26,266 bases of DNA, taken from IMG/VR virus record IMGVR_UViG_3300032250_000532, positions 1 through 26,266 of that record; one strand, written 5' to 3'. Position 1 is the stretch's first letter. Every line of letters begins with the position of its first letter. A program made the position numbers and the translations under genes. Of the stretch, positions 1-10,505 are shown piece by piece. This DNA is from a virus (lineage: Duplodnaviria > Caudoviricetes). The notes beneath the pieces are model-generated. The model was given only the letters and a program-made list of their open reading frames with translations, searched no databases and had not been told where the DNA came from.

Positions 1-527
1 AAGCTGTTTGCCATTGTTGCCTGGCCCAGCGCGGCGGGCAGGCGGGCGAGCAGGTTGGCCCAGTTGAGCAGCGCGCGCTTGGCCGCTGCCACGAGGCTGT
101 AATTGCCGGTGCCATCCGCCGCAGCGGGAGTGGCGTCGATCGCGCCCACGTCCGTATCGAGGTTGGCGAGCGAGGTGTTGCCGGTCGTCTGATTGGCCGC
201 CGTTGCCGCGCCAGTAGGCAGGGGTAGAGAAGCAGCGCTGATGGCCTGCGTTGCGGGCAAGTTGTCGATCGACACCGTGCCGTCGATGCCTAGCGTACCC
301 GCCACGGCCGAGGCGATGGCCGCAAGCGAGGCGTTGCCGGTATCCTGCTTGCCCTCCGTCGCAGCGCCGGAGACGGTGACGGGCAGCGGATTGCTGCCGG
401 ATACCAGCGATTCCGGTCCGGTGCCGCCGATATCGAGCAGGATCACCTGCGTCTTGGCGCCGCCCTTGTCTTCGGCGCGGATCACATCGCCGCCGGTGCC
501 GGGGTTGAGTATGATGTCGTCGGTCAT
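1..527 (-). CDS. Putative fibre/structural protein, 3' end outside the window (absent from the ORF track)
   Basis: Hand translation from ATG 527, with AAGGA RBS at 536-540: MTDDIILNPGTGGDVIRAEDKGG...SNPLPVTVSG...SLPLPTGAATAANQTTGN...LPAALGQATMANS. Open to the window edge; Ala/Thr/Gly-rich; follows the tail fibre. Confidence 0.75.
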   Translation of the reverse strand, partial: MTDDIILNPGTGGDVIRAEDKGGAKTQVILLDIGGTGPESLVSGSNPLPVTVSGAATEGKQDTGNASLAAIASAVAGTLGIDGTVSIDNLPATQAISAASLPLPTGAATAANQTTGNTSLANLDTDVGAIDATPAAADGTGNYSLVAAAKRALLNWANLLARLPAALGQATMANS

Positions 528-561
528 GTCATGCGTCCTTCAGGGGTGCAGCGCGCGTTCA

Positions 562-3500
562 TCACATCACTCGCACAGCGTCGATTGCGGGCTTGATCAC
601 GGCGCGAACGAGGCCATCGCGCACCACGGCCATCAAGTGTGCGCTGTCCATGAGAAGGTCTCGCGGGAAGAACCCATAAGCCAGGTCGGACAGGTTCGCG
701 TTGTAGGCGTCAGTGCCCGGCGTGCCCTGGTACTGGGTCGTCACATAGGGCAGCGGGTCGCAGACGCGGTTGGCGCCATAGACGGCGCTGATCCGGCGAT
801 AGATGCTGTCGAGGTCAATGTTCTCCTGCCCGCGCGCCGTCGTCAGCGTCGTCGTGCCAGGAGCATTGGCGCCGATCTGCGCCGAGCGCACATAGAGCAC
901 CCGCGTGTGGCCCAGCGCGGTGACTGCGGCCTTGAACTGGACGAATTCCGGCCAGGCGTTGATTGTCCCGCTTGCGACCGTTTGCGAAACCGACACGCGA
1001 TAGGTGCCCGCGCCGCCCGCTGGGCCGGTCAGCTGCGAGACGATGAAAGTGTCCGGTGCCACCGCACCGCCAGCGTTCGACAGCAGCTGGTCGGCCGCGA
1101 GCGCGCCGCTGGTAATGCCCGTAACCGTCAGCGTCGTGCCGCTGATCGAGCCGGTTACGACTGCCGCCGCCGCGCGGCCGTTCGGCGAGCCGTCCCACCA
1201 GACCACCGTCCGGTTGCCGAAGTTGGCAAGGTTGGTGCTGTCGATCAGGCGCGCATATTGCTGGGCAAAGGTCGATCCACCCGAGCCGGTGTTGGCCACC
1301 TCGTAACCCTGATCGAGCAGCATGGTGTGGAAACCGGTGCTGAAGCTGGAATAGCTGTCGCCCTCGGTCCACAGGCCCGGATCGGTCACTTGCGCGGCCG
1401 ACGAGCGGCGCTGGCACCAGCCGGCCGTCTCAAGCCCGGAGATGATGCGATAGGCGGTGATCGTGCCGGTGAACACCGATGCGCCGGCATGATCGCGGCC
1501 CATCCGGAAATAGGCCTCGCCGATCGGGATCTGCGGCGTCGCCGTCTGCGCGGCGCCGCCGTTCATCGCGCCAACGGCCGTGGTGCCGTTGCAGCCCGCC
1601 ACAATGATGAACGACTGGCCACCGGTCAGCGAGCCCAGCGTGAGGTCGAAAAGCTGCGCCGGCGTGCCCGATCCGTCCGCGATCTGGCCGGTGAAATGCA
1701 CGGTGCCATCGCTGCGCAGCTCCACCCGCGCACGATCGAACCGAAGGCCGCAGTCCGCCTGCCAGAGCACTTGGGTGCTGCCGGGGATCGAACCCGGAGC
1801 GGTGCCGCGCAGCTCGACCATCAAGCCGCTGGTTGGAAAGTCCCGCGCCGGCCGGATTTCCTGCAGCACCGGGTTCTTCATGTAACTCACGCCGGTGCCG
1901 CTGAAGTGGTAGAGGCCCACCCATGTCGGCTTGCCGTAGCTGACAGCGCCGACCACGCTGAGCGTCGTGTCCGGCGTGTTGCTTGGCAGCGCGCGCGAGG
2001 CGTAGGCGACCAAAAAGTTCTGCGCATAGTTCGAGATGCCGAGCGCCGCGCCGCTGCTGGTCACCGTGTCGGTCTTCACCGTGGCGGTGAAACGCAGGGC
2101 CTTGCCGCCATAGCCGGTGATCGCGCGCGAGAGCGCCGAGTAGTTCGCCCCGGCCGCCGTCATCTGCAGATAGCCGCCGGTCACCGCGCCACTAGCATTG
2201 TTGGTCAGCACGAACTGCTGCTGATCGATCGTGAAGTCGACCCCGGCCAGGATGTTCGGCGCATCGGGTGCGACGTAGCCATTGAGGCTCATCGTCAGCA
2301 TCGATCCGGTGCCGCCGGCCGCCGCGATCATTTCCGCTTCGCTGGCATAAGGCGTGCCGCGCCACCAGAAGGTGCCGTCCATCGCCACCATGTAGACCTT
2401 GGCACCGGTCGGCGTGTCGGCCACCAGCGAGGCGTCATAGGCAAGGGTGTGGACCAGCTGGGTGATGTACTGGCCGAGCCAGGCGCCGCCGCCATCGGTC
2501 ACCAGATTGAGCGTGGCCTGGCTGGCAAGTGCGCTGCGCCGGAATGCCGTCGATCCGCCGGTGAAAGCGATGCTGATCAGATCCTGCGGGCTGCCGCTGG
2601 GAAGTGTGAGCGCCACAGCATCGGCAGGCCGCGTGGCCGAGCCGGTGAGGATCGGGGAGGTCGCGACGGCGCCGGTTTCGATCTGCGCAAAGGCAACGCG
2701 CAGCGCCACGGTGCCGCTGGTCGAGCTGTAGGTCCGGTCCCCGCTGGTCACGCCGCCCGCGCCGTAGATCAGGAAGTTGGTGGTCGTGGCCGTCAGCGTC
2801 GTGGTGAGCGTGACGCGGAACCAGCCGTTCGCCAGCGCGGTGATCGAGAATGCGGTTGCGGCATTCACACCGGCCACCCCGGTGAAGGTGCCGTTGTCGA
2901 AGTCGATCACATAGAGGTGAGTGTTGCCGCCGCTGATCTGGACCTGCGCATATTGCCGCGCGCCCTTCTTGAGGTGGACCGAAAAGGTGTGCTGGCCCGC
3001 CGTCGCACTGAAGCTCGCCGAAGCGACCACCTGGCCGGAACCCGTGGCGGATTCGGTGATGTCGTAAGCACTGCTCGCGCCGTCAGGCGCACCGTTCGCC
3101 ACCGCCACGGCGGTGCAGCGCGTCTTGGTCCATGCCGCGTTGGAAAAATCGACCGGCTGCGTCAGGCGCTGGGTTGCCGCGGCCTCGATCAGGGCCCCGC
3201 GATCGGTCGCGCGCAGCATGTTGGCTGGAAACGTCTGATAGACGCCGGCAGCCGTCAGCGCGAGCGCCGTCGCCGCGCGGGTGACCGTCAAGCCGGAGAA
3301 GGCCGCGACCGAAACGGCGCTCACCCCGGCAACAACAAAGCGGCTGCGCGGGAAATCCCAGAACACGCCGTTGCGGAACAGCATGGCCGTGCCGGCGCCG
3401 GCCGGCATGCCTTGGCTGCTCGCGGCATAAGTTGCCGAGGCCAGCGTGGCGGCGGCGATCGAAAGCACGCCATCGATCCCGGTCTTCTTGTAATCGGCAA

Positions 3501-4110
3501 ACTGCACGCCGCCCACCGTCCATGCCGAGATTGCGCTGCTGACGGCGCGATAGCCCAGGACCTGAGAGCCGTCCGAATTGGGCGCGAGGAAGACGCGGCC
3601 TTCCGCTACGGCAGAAACGGTCGCAGTTGGCAGGGTTGCGCCGGTCAGGCCGGTACCGCCAGGCAGGCTGTAGGTCGGTGCGGTGTTGCTGGTGGCGATG
3701 CCGCGGGCACCGATGCGGGCCGATGCGAGCTTGCCGTCGCCGCCGATGGTGATGAACGCCGTGTGCCCTGCAGGGCCGCCAGAGATGCTCAGGGCATATT
3801 CGCCCGGCGTGCCGCCCGTGCCGGTGCCCACAAACGAGCCGGACAACGCACTGACCTCGAACGGCAGCGCTCCGCCGATGCTCACCGGCGTTGTCAGCGT
3901 GTGAACCGTGCCTTGGGCTGCAATCGCCACCTGCATCGCAGTCTCAGCCGCGTCCGCTGCAGCAGCTGCATAGACGGCGGTCTGATCCTCGATCACGCCC
4001 CCCAGCGCACGGACATCCGCTTTTTCGACCTCGTTCAAACCAGATGAAGGAACACCGTCCGTCACATAGTCTCGATAGACGACGTTGAATTGATCCCTGA
4101 TCTCACCCAT
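562..4110 (-). CDS. Tail fibre / receptor-binding protein (beta-sandwich CBM/LamG-like modules, C-terminal SGNH/GDSL esterase)
   Basis: 1182 aa, G/T/S/A-rich, directly after the tail tip. SGNH blocks GDSYS, GSGGST, DGSPN and DSAH near the C-terminus. Confidence 0.8.
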   Translation of the reverse strand: MGEIRDQFNVVYRDYVTDGVPSSGLNEVEKADVRALGGVIEDQTAVYAAAAADAAETAMQVAIAAQGTVHTLTTPVSIGGALPFEVSALSGSFVGTGTGGTPGEYALSISGGPAGHTAFITIGGDGKLASARIGARGIATSNTAPTYSLPGGTGLTGATLPTATVSAVAEGRVFLAPNSDGSQVLGYRAVSSAISAWTVGGVQFADYKKTGIDGVLSIAAATLASATYAASSQGMPAGAGTAMLFRNGVFWDFPRSRFVVAGVSAVSVAAFSGLTVTRAATALALTAAGVYQTFPANMLRATDRGALIEAAATQRLTQPVDFSNAAWTKTRCTAVAVANGAPDGASSAYDITESATGSGQVVASASFSATAGQHTFSVHLKKGARQYAQVQISGGNTHLYVIDFDNGTFTGVAGVNAATAFSITALANGWFRVTLTTTLTATTTNFLIYGAGGVTSGDRTYSSTSGTVALRVAFAQIETGAVATSPILTGSATRPADAVALTLPSGSPQDLISIAFTGGSTAFRRSALASQATLNLVTDGGGAWLGQYITQLVHTLAYDASLVADTPTGAKVYMVAMDGTFWWRGTPYASEAEMIAAAGGTGSMLTMSLNGYVAPDAPNILAGVDFTIDQQQFVLTNNASGAVTGGYLQMTAAGANYSALSRAITGYGGKALRFTATVKTDTVTSSGAALGISNYAQNFLVAYASRALPSNTPDTTLSVVGAVSYGKPTWVGLYHFSGTGVSYMKNPVLQEIRPARDFPTSGLMVELRGTAPGSIPGSTQVLWQADCGLRFDRARVELRSDGTVHFTGQIADGSGTPAQLFDLTLGSLTGGQSFIIVAGCNGTTAVGAMNGGAAQTATPQIPIGEAYFRMGRDHAGASVFTGTITAYRIISGLETAGWCQRRSSAAQVTDPGLWTEGDSYSSFSTGFHTMLLDQGYEVANTGSGGSTFAQQYARLIDSTNLANFGNRTVVWWDGSPNGRAAAAVVTGSISGTTLTVTGITSGALAADQLLSNAGGAVAPDTFIVSQLTGPAGGAGTYRVSVSQTVASGTINAWPEFVQFKAAVTALGHTRVLYVRSAQIGANAPGTTTLTTARGQENIDLDSIYRRISAVYGANRVCDPLPYVTTQYQGTPGTDAYNANLSDLAYGFFPRDLLMDSAHLMAVVRDGLVRAVIKPAIDAVRVM

Positions 4111-4125
4111 GTGCGCGCGCCTCGC

Positions 4126-6183
4126 TCAAGTGACTGTCGCGCTCACCGGGCCGGTGAGCGCAGACTGCCCCCCCGATCCGTTGAAGGCGCGAACCCAATA
4201 GTAATACGTGCCGGCCGAGAGGCCGCTGTCGCTGCCCGTCATCACTTGGCCGAGCCCGCCGACGATATCGGCACCGACCTGCGTAGGGCTGGTGAAGCTG
4301 CTCGTGGCAGTCCGATAGAGCCGCGCATAGGCCAGCCCGATCTCGCTCGGCATCCGGAAGCTGTAGGCTGCGCCGCCGACGCCGCCGGTCACCGCGAGCG
4401 CGCTCGGCGCCGAGAGTGTCGAGCTTGCAACGGGCGTGATCTGCACCGCGCCGCTCCAGGCACTGGCAAATCGCCCGATCGTCAGCGCCCGTACCTGAAC
4501 GTCATACTGGATGCCGCTGCTGACGGGACCGCTCCAGCCCGTGCGGTCTTCGGGCTCCACGTTCATCAGCAGCCAGTCGCCGCCGGCGGTCGGCCGATAG
4601 CGCACTTCATACCTGAGGCCCGATCGCCCACCGGCATCCCACGTCGCCTTGATCGCAACGCTGGTCCCCGCGGCGCCGCCGATCTGCGCGGCCGAAAGCG
4701 TCAGCCCGGTCGGCGCCGCTAGGGTGATAGTGCCGGCGCTGCTCGATCCGGTCGGCGGTGTGCCTTCCTCGGTGGCCGCGTTGAAGCTCCAGTCCTCCGG
4801 CTTCACCTCGATCAGGCCCACGCTGATGTTGAGGCGGTCCTTTCCGTGCGCGATCTTCACCCCGCTCTCGATCGCGAAAACCGCGTCGATCGCCGCCTCG
4901 TCCGAGGTGACGCGCACAAAGCGCTCGCCCAGCAGATTGAGGCCATAGAGGTTGGTCACCAGGTCGAGGTGCCAGCGATTGCCCCGCCGCGCCGCCAGCA
5001 GCTTGCCGATCCGCATGGCCTGGTTGTGGTGCGGCGCATAGTAGAGCTGCACCGGCTGCGGATCGGTGTTCGGATCCTGATCGATCCCCGGCACCGAAAC
5101 CAGCGCGCTTTCCTGCTCGCGATAGCCGATGCTCGCCTCGGTATAGAGCATCTTGAGTGCGCTGGTCCGTTCTTCGGCCGTCGGCCCGCGCCGTGCCGTC
5201 ATCGCGATGATGTGGCTGTCCGTCAGCGTCACCGTGGGCGCCTGATAGGCCCCGACCAGAATGTTGATCTTGTAGTCGGGCCCCTGCCACACGAAGCCGT
5301 CGCAGGCCTTGAGCATGTCGGTCAGCACCTGCCGCCGCTCGTCGCCCGCCAGCTTGATGCTCGCCCAGAGCCGCCAGCGCGCGATCATGGCGCCGCTGGC
5401 AGTGCTCACCGTCTGGTCGGCAATTGTCGCCTGCGCGGCCACTGTCGTCCAGTTGATCGCGCTGTAGCCAAGGCCATAGCCGTCCTCGTGCGCAAGGTAG
5501 TCTGCGATCACCAGCTCGGCATTGTCGCTCCAGCCCCAAGTGCTGCGGTTGTTCAGTCGCTGCGACCCGCTGCCGCCCGGGAAGGTGCTGTCTTTGCGCG
5601 GGTCGTAGACCTTCACCGCCTTGCGGATCTGCGAATAGACCGGCTCGCGCCCGCCATAGACCTCGCTGAAAAGCTCCTGTTTCACCGGGTCGCAGATCAG
5701 CGCGGCAATGGCGCAGCCGCGCTGGCGGTGGTTGCTGGTCCACTGCGGAAAGACGCTGGTCACCTGGCCGATCGCCGTCTGCGTATCGCTTCCCGGCCGG
5801 GTGTAGACATGCACCGCGCCGTGGTAGCTCGCATCGGTCACGGTGCCCGATCCGTCCACGGTCACCGCCTTGTCGTTGATGCGGTGTTCCAGGATCTCGG
5901 TCTCTTCGCCGGTGCCCAGCGTCACCACGATGCCCAGCGTGCCCTCGCTGCTTTCCTGGAAGCTCAGCACGCCGCCCGTATGGACGATCCCGTAATTGCG
6001 CGTGCGCGATTCGACCGAGCCGCGCACAGTGATCTGGCCGTCGCTCGGCTTGGGGCGATTGCCGCCAAAGACGGACTTGAGCAGGGCATTGAAGCCGAGC
6101 GAGACGCCGATGCTGATCAGCGAAGCGGCAATTCCGCTTGCGCCTACGGCAGCGATGATGGCGCCCGCGATCACCTGAGGCAT
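4126..6183 (-). CDS. Tail tip / central fibre protein (TipJ-like) with C-terminal FN3-like domains
   Basis: ATG 6183 with GGAGG RBS. VKVYDPR and WSDNAELVIADYL motifs; FN3-like ends (YDVQVRA, YYYWVRAFN). Confidence 0.85.
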   Translation of the reverse strand: MPQVIAGAIIAAVGASGIAASLISIGVSLGFNALLKSVFGGNRPKPSDGQITVRGSVESRTRNYGIVHTGGVLSFQESSEGTLGIVVTLGTGEETEILEHRINDKAVTVDGSGTVTDASYHGAVHVYTRPGSDTQTAIGQVTSVFPQWTSNHRQRGCAIAALICDPVKQELFSEVYGGREPVYSQIRKAVKVYDPRKDSTFPGGSGSQRLNNRSTWGWSDNAELVIADYLAHEDGYGLGYSAINWTTVAAQATIADQTVSTASGAMIARWRLWASIKLAGDERRQVLTDMLKACDGFVWQGPDYKINILVGAYQAPTVTLTDSHIIAMTARRGPTAEERTSALKMLYTEASIGYREQESALVSVPGIDQDPNTDPQPVQLYYAPHHNQAMRIGKLLAARRGNRWHLDLVTNLYGLNLLGERFVRVTSDEAAIDAVFAIESGVKIAHGKDRLNISVGLIEVKPEDWSFNAATEEGTPPTGSSSAGTITLAAPTGLTLSAAQIGGAAGTSVAIKATWDAGGRSGLRYEVRYRPTAGGDWLLMNVEPEDRTGWSGPVSSGIQYDVQVRALTIGRFASAWSGAVQITPVASSTLSAPSALAVTGGVGGAAYSFRMPSEIGLAYARLYRTATSSFTSPTQVGADIVGGLGQVMTGSDSGLSAGTYYYWVRAFNGSGGQSALTGPVSATVT

Positions 6184-6641
6184 TGCGGCCTCCTGCTCGC
6201 CTCGGGAGGCACCACGCTCCACGCGATGACCGGCGCGGCCTGCACCATCGTGAAGCTGCCTTCACCGCGCGCGGCCCAGCTGCGGCCCAGGCACAGGCAG
6301 GCCGTCAAACCCGTGCCGGGAATATCGACAAGGCCCACATCGCCGCGCTTCGGTTCCTTGGTCGTTTCCAGCCCGAGCCGCGCAAACACCAGCTCGCAAT
6401 AAGCCTGAAACCCGCCGTAGGCGCGCAGCTGGCGATAGGCATCGCGCGCACTGCGATAGCGCGGCCGATCGGCAAAGCGCTCGCCGATCACTTCCTCGAC
6501 ATGATCGAGGATCGAAAGGAAGCAATCGGTCGCGCCGTAGACGAACGGCAAGGCAGACCACAGCATCAGCGTCTGGTCTGTCACCAGGCCAAGCCGCGTC
6601 GCCGCCGCCGCCTTGTCCGAGGGCGTCAGTAGTCCGGCCAC
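6171..6641 (-). CDS. NlpC/P60-like tail tip assembly protein (DUF6950-like)
   Basis: FVYGATDC and PKRGDVGLV motifs; lies between hub and tip like lambda K. Start uncertain. Confidence 0.7.
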   Translation of the reverse strand: MAGLLTPSDKAAAATRLGLVTDQTLMLWSALPFVYGATDCFLSILDHVEEVIGERFADRPRYRSARDAYRQLRAYGGFQAYCELVFARLGLETTKEPKRGDVGLVDIPGTGLTACLCLGRSWAARGEGSFTMVQAAPVIAWSVVPPEASRRPQCLR

Positions 6642-7222
6642 GTGATCACCTTGTTCTTGAGGCTGGCCACGAACGCGAAGCCGAGATCACCCGGAAAGCG
6701 GCGCTGCTGATCGGCATCGGTGTAAAGCGCCGCGCGTGGCCGTGCCCTTAGGCTGAAAAGGCTCTCGCAGCGGATCGTGATCGATCGCTCATCGCCCTCG
6801 CCAAACGTGAACTCCGGCGTCAGCGCCCGGGCCGAGGCGAACGGAAAGGGCAAGTCCAGCGGGCGCTGGTTGTCAGGATCATCGGGGTCATCCGTCCCGA
6901 AGAACTGCAACAGCACCGTGATCAGGCGGCCCTTGCATTCGGTATCGAACTCGTCGCGCGCCAGGCGCACAAGCTGGTTATCCACCCCCGAAAGCGTGAA
7001 GGTCACTTCGGGCGCCTCGCCATTGACGGCCTGCTCGATGCCGGAGACGGCGCCGATGCGGCCGAGCCCGTCCCAGAGATAGCCATCGTTGGTGCGCAGC
7101 TGGCCGGTGCCGCCCAGCCAGACCCGCACCGGCTCCGTCACGAAATCGAACAGGACAAGGATTTCCATGTCCACCCGCGAACCCGCGAGGGCGGCTTTGA
7201 TGGTGTCGGGAAACAGGCTCAT
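6626..7222 (-). CDS. Tail hub / minor tail protein (lambda L / DUF2163-like position)
   Basis: 198 aa; C-terminal YTDADQQRRFPGDLGF motif; coupled to the distal tail gene. Confidence 0.7.
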   Translation of the reverse strand: MSLFPDTIKAALAGSRVDMEILVLFDFVTEPVRVWLGGTGQLRTNDGYLWDGLGRIGAVSGIEQAVNGEAPEVTFTLSGVDNQLVRLARDEFDTECKGRLITVLLQFFGTDDPDDPDNQRPLDLPFPFASARALTPEFTFGEGDERSITIRCESLFSLRARPRAALYTDADQQRRFPGDLGFAFVASLKNKVITWPDY

Positions 7223-7890
7223 ACGGCGAGCTCGGCAAAGTCTTCGACGAAGGTGATCGAAGGCGCGCCATGGCGGAGGTTGCGCAGCATCAGCGCGCCC
7301 TCGTCGTCGCTGCGCAGCCGCCCGATCATCGTCGGCTTGAGCTTGATCTCGACCGCCGTGTAGGCGCGCCGCAGCGTCGGCGAACAGCGGATCGTCGCCA
7401 CCGTGCCCGACCAGGTGATACCGCTGCAGATATAGGGCTCATCGCCGAGGCCGAAGTATTGTCCGGCCTCCAGCAGCTGGCCATAGACCCCGAAATCGAC
7501 CGTGATCGTGCGCTGCCCTTGCACGCCGGTCACCAGCACACCGGCGATGTCATCGGTGCTGTAGAGCGCGCCGTCGCTGAAGCTGGTGCCATCGCCGTGC
7601 GCGACAAGCCCTGCGCCGATCGCCGCCTGGCTGGCGCGAAGCCACAGATCGAACAGCGGCAGCCGCGCCGTATTGGCACGCCCCTCGAGCAGCGCCATGA
7701 ACGCGCGCCAGGCCAGCACTTCGCCGCCCGTCAGCTCGTCGAACTCCATCGTCACGGCAAACGGCGGCCGGATCGCAGCCTGCACTTGCGTGGTGCGGTT
7801 GAGGCTGCTCGACATCCCCTGCGTCGCCCGCGGCGGCAGGATCTGGATGTTGCGCGGGATCAGCGTGCCCGGCCAATCGAAGGTGGTCAT
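7219..7890 (-). CDS. Distal tail protein (putative)
   Basis: Directly after the tape measure with an ATGA overlap; WRAFMALLEGRAN motif. Confidence 0.7.
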   Translation of the reverse strand: MTTFDWPGTLIPRNIQILPPRATQGMSSSLNRTTQVQAAIRPPFAVTMEFDELTGGEVLAWRAFMALLEGRANTARLPLFDLWLRASQAAIGAGLVAHGDGTSFSDGALYSTDDIAGVLVTGVQGQRTITVDFGVYGQLLEAGQYFGLGDEPYICSGITWSGTVATIRCSPTLRRAYTAVEIKLKPTMIGRLRSDDEGALMLRNLRHGAPSITFVEDFAELAV

Positions 7891-10082
7891 CCCGTCCTCC
7901 GATTGTTGTAGTCGGCCACGCGCGCGGCCACCTTGCTGTCATAGGCGGCAAGGCCCTGCGCCACGCCGGAGCGCACCATTGCCTCGATCTCGGCATTCCC
8001 GCGCGCGCCGATCACCTCGACCTTCAGAACGCCGGGACCGCCGCCGCCCATGCCGCGCAGCGCACTGTTCGGCAGCACTTCGATGCCGCCGCCCGTCGCG
8101 CGGATCGGCTCCGGCCCCGCCTCGCCGACAATGCCCCACGCACCGTTCGGGATCGTGCCGCCCTCGGCAAAGAGGCCGGCGAACTGCGAGCTGCCGATTG
8201 TTGCGGCCACATCGCCGGCAAGGCTCGCCTGCGGCGACGCACCGCCGCCCCCGCCGAACAGCCCGCTGAAGAGCGACGAGAACAGCCCGCCGCCGCCACC
8301 GCCGCCCTTCTGCTTCTGCAGCGCTTCGGCAAACGGGCGGATGAACACATCCTCGACGAACATGTCGATCAGGCCGCGCAGGAAAGGATCTTCCACGCCC
8401 AGGCGCGCGCTGATCGTGTCGCCGATCGAGCGGTGCACATAGTCCAGCTCTTCGACCATCAGCGCCTCGACCCGGCGGGCGCTGTCTTCCTTGTTGGCGG
8501 CGAGCTGGTCGGCATACTGGTCGAGCGGACCGGCATAGCGATCGGAAAGCCCGCGCCGCGCGGCTGCCTGCTGGCTGCGCAGCTCGGCGCGCGCCTTCTC
8601 GGCATCGGCCACCTGCCCGGTCGCGATCTGCTGCTCGAGCAGGTTGTCCTGGATCTGCTGCTGCAGCCGCAGCGCCTCGGCCTCCAGCATCGCGCGCTCG
8701 CGCGTCGATCGCGCCACTTGCGCCGAGGCCTGCGCCGTCTCCGCCTGCCGCTGCAGCATGTCATTGGCGAGCTTGGTCTGCTCCGCCTCGAACTGCCGCG
8801 TCAGCCCCTGGTTGAGCAGCCCCGGGCGCCCCTCGGTGACGATCTCGCCGTTCGGCCCGATCGTGCTATCGCGCCCGTAGAGCCGATCGATATAGGCCCG
8901 CATCGCGGCCTTCTGGTCCGTTGAGAAGTTCTTGTTTGCGTCGATCGTGCGGATCTTGTCGTCGCGCTCGGCGTTGAGGATTTCCTTCTGGATTTCAAGA
9001 CGCTCGCCAACGTCGCTTGCCAGTGCAAGCCGGGCCTGCAGCTCATCCCGGTTGAGCGAGGTGATGCCGGAAAGAAACTCTGCGTCGATCTCGGCCTGGC
9101 TTTTGCCGGCCTTCGCCTTTTTGCTTCGACCGCTAGTGCGAAGCGACGGATCAAGCGCGCCATCGTTGAGTGATTTCTCAATCGCGTCGGCAACCTTGTC
9201 CTTTGCCGGTCCGGAAACACCGTCCGCAATGGCCTTGAGGAACTGCTCTCTGGAAACAGCCAGACCGCTAAAATCCATGCCCGCCGCTCGCCGAGCAGCG
9301 TCGGTATTGTTGACGCGGCCCGAGCGGATGTCCTCGACAAGTTGGCGAACAGCATCTTCCCGGCCCAGCGAGCCGCCGACAGGAATGCCAAGCGCGCCCA
9401 TCGCCTTTTCGGTCATTGAAAGACCCACGCTGCCACGCCGGAAGTTGTCGAGCGTGCTGGTGGCATTTCTCCGTTCGGCAGCGGCCTGCGCGCGCAGATT
9501 GATCGCCATGAGCTCAGCGTTGAGCCGTAGCATCTCGTTCTGGCTCTTGAGCTTGCCCGTGGTCAGATCGAACATACGGCCGAGCACGCCCTGCGCATCG
9601 GCGAGCCCATCAGATGCAAGCTCGACCTTCTTCATGGCTTCGTCGGCCGCCAGCAGGCTCCCGATAAGCGGCCCGAGCACCTGCACCCCGACCATAATGG
9701 CGATGCCCCAAGGCCCACCCAGAAAGCGGGCGAACTTGCTGCCCTCGCCTGCCAGCAACTGGATCGCCCCGGCCACCTGACCCACCTGGCTTGCAAAGAT
9801 CTGCTGCGGCCGCATCCCCAGTGCGTACATGGTCGAGGCGTCGCCGAGCTGCTGCGTCAACTGCAACAGTCCCTGCCGTTGCGCACCACTGGCTCGTGTC
9901 ACACCGTCGATCGCCGGGACCGACCTCGTCATCCTGTCAGCCAGCGCGAGCGAGCTGCCCGACGTTGCATCGAGTGTCCGGCCTAGCCCGGTCGCTGCGA
10001 CTTCAGCCCGGTTGATGCCTGCCGTGAAGGCGCTGTCGTCGGTGCGCAGATCAAGGACGGCATCGCCAAGCTTCTCAGACAT
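7887..10082 (-). CDS. Tail tape measure protein (731 aa)
   Basis: Start MSEKLGDAVLDLRTD at 10082. Lambda-like N-terminal QQLGD...SQVGQV segment, helical A/Q/L-rich core, C-terminal FAEGG...VGEAGPE. Confidence 0.9.
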   Translation of the reverse strand: MSEKLGDAVLDLRTDDSAFTAGINRAEVAATGLGRTLDATSGSSLALADRMTRSVPAIDGVTRASGAQRQGLLQLTQQLGDASTMYALGMRPQQIFASQVGQVAGAIQLLAGEGSKFARFLGGPWGIAIMVGVQVLGPLIGSLLAADEAMKKVELASDGLADAQGVLGRMFDLTTGKLKSQNEMLRLNAELMAINLRAQAAAERRNATSTLDNFRRGSVGLSMTEKAMGALGIPVGGSLGREDAVRQLVEDIRSGRVNNTDAARRAAGMDFSGLAVSREQFLKAIADGVSGPAKDKVADAIEKSLNDGALDPSLRTSGRSKKAKAGKSQAEIDAEFLSGITSLNRDELQARLALASDVGERLEIQKEILNAERDDKIRTIDANKNFSTDQKAAMRAYIDRLYGRDSTIGPNGEIVTEGRPGLLNQGLTRQFEAEQTKLANDMLQRQAETAQASAQVARSTRERAMLEAEALRLQQQIQDNLLEQQIATGQVADAEKARAELRSQQAAARRGLSDRYAGPLDQYADQLAANKEDSARRVEALMVEELDYVHRSIGDTISARLGVEDPFLRGLIDMFVEDVFIRPFAEALQKQKGGGGGGGLFSSLFSGLFGGGGGASPQASLAGDVAATIGSSQFAGLFAEGGTIPNGAWGIVGEAGPEPIRATGGGIEVLPNSALRGMGGGGPGVLKVEVIGARGNAEIEAMVRSGVAQGLAAYDSKVAARVADYNNRRTG

Positions 10083-10505
10083 CGCGCACGATCTCCGCAG
10101 CAATGCCAATGCCCATGCCGGCCAGATCGTTCACGCTGGCCTTGCGCGGCTTTTCCGGCGCGATCGCCTCGCCTCTTGCGCGCGCCTGCAGCTTGGCCAC
10201 CTTCTCCTGCTTCGCCGCGCTGTCTGCCGGCGCGATCGCCAGCGCCTGCACATGCAGCGCGTCCAGCATCTCGCCCGCTTCAAGCCGGGGCATCATTTTC
10301 AGGAACGCCCGAACCAGCGCGCCAGGCGCGTCTTCCAGCCACCATTGGGGCTGCCCGCCGTAGAACCGCTGGAGCCGGGGGATGATTTCGCCCCAATCGA
10401 AGTCGCGGCCATGATCTCCGCCGCCGTCCCGTTCTGCAGCTCGATCCCCGCCGCCTTCGCGATCGCTCCTGCCACGCCGAGACGCGTGCGCAGCAAGAGC
10501 CCGGT
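10075..10505 (-). CDS. Tail assembly chaperone GT extension, reached by -1 frameshift (putative)
   Basis: Open -1 frame (…DWGEIIPRLQRFYGGQPQWWLE…) overlapping the chaperone 3' end and abutting the tape measure; no convincing start of its own. Confidence 0.6.

Noticed and set aside
524-532. ATG-ACA-TGA mini-ORF overlapping the start at 527
   Set aside because: Too short to support a regulatory role; the RBS spacing fits ATG 527.
193-4047. 1284-aa plus-strand ORF
   Set aside because: Antisense shadow of the fibre genes in GC-rich DNA; Arg/Ala/Gly-rich with no motifs.
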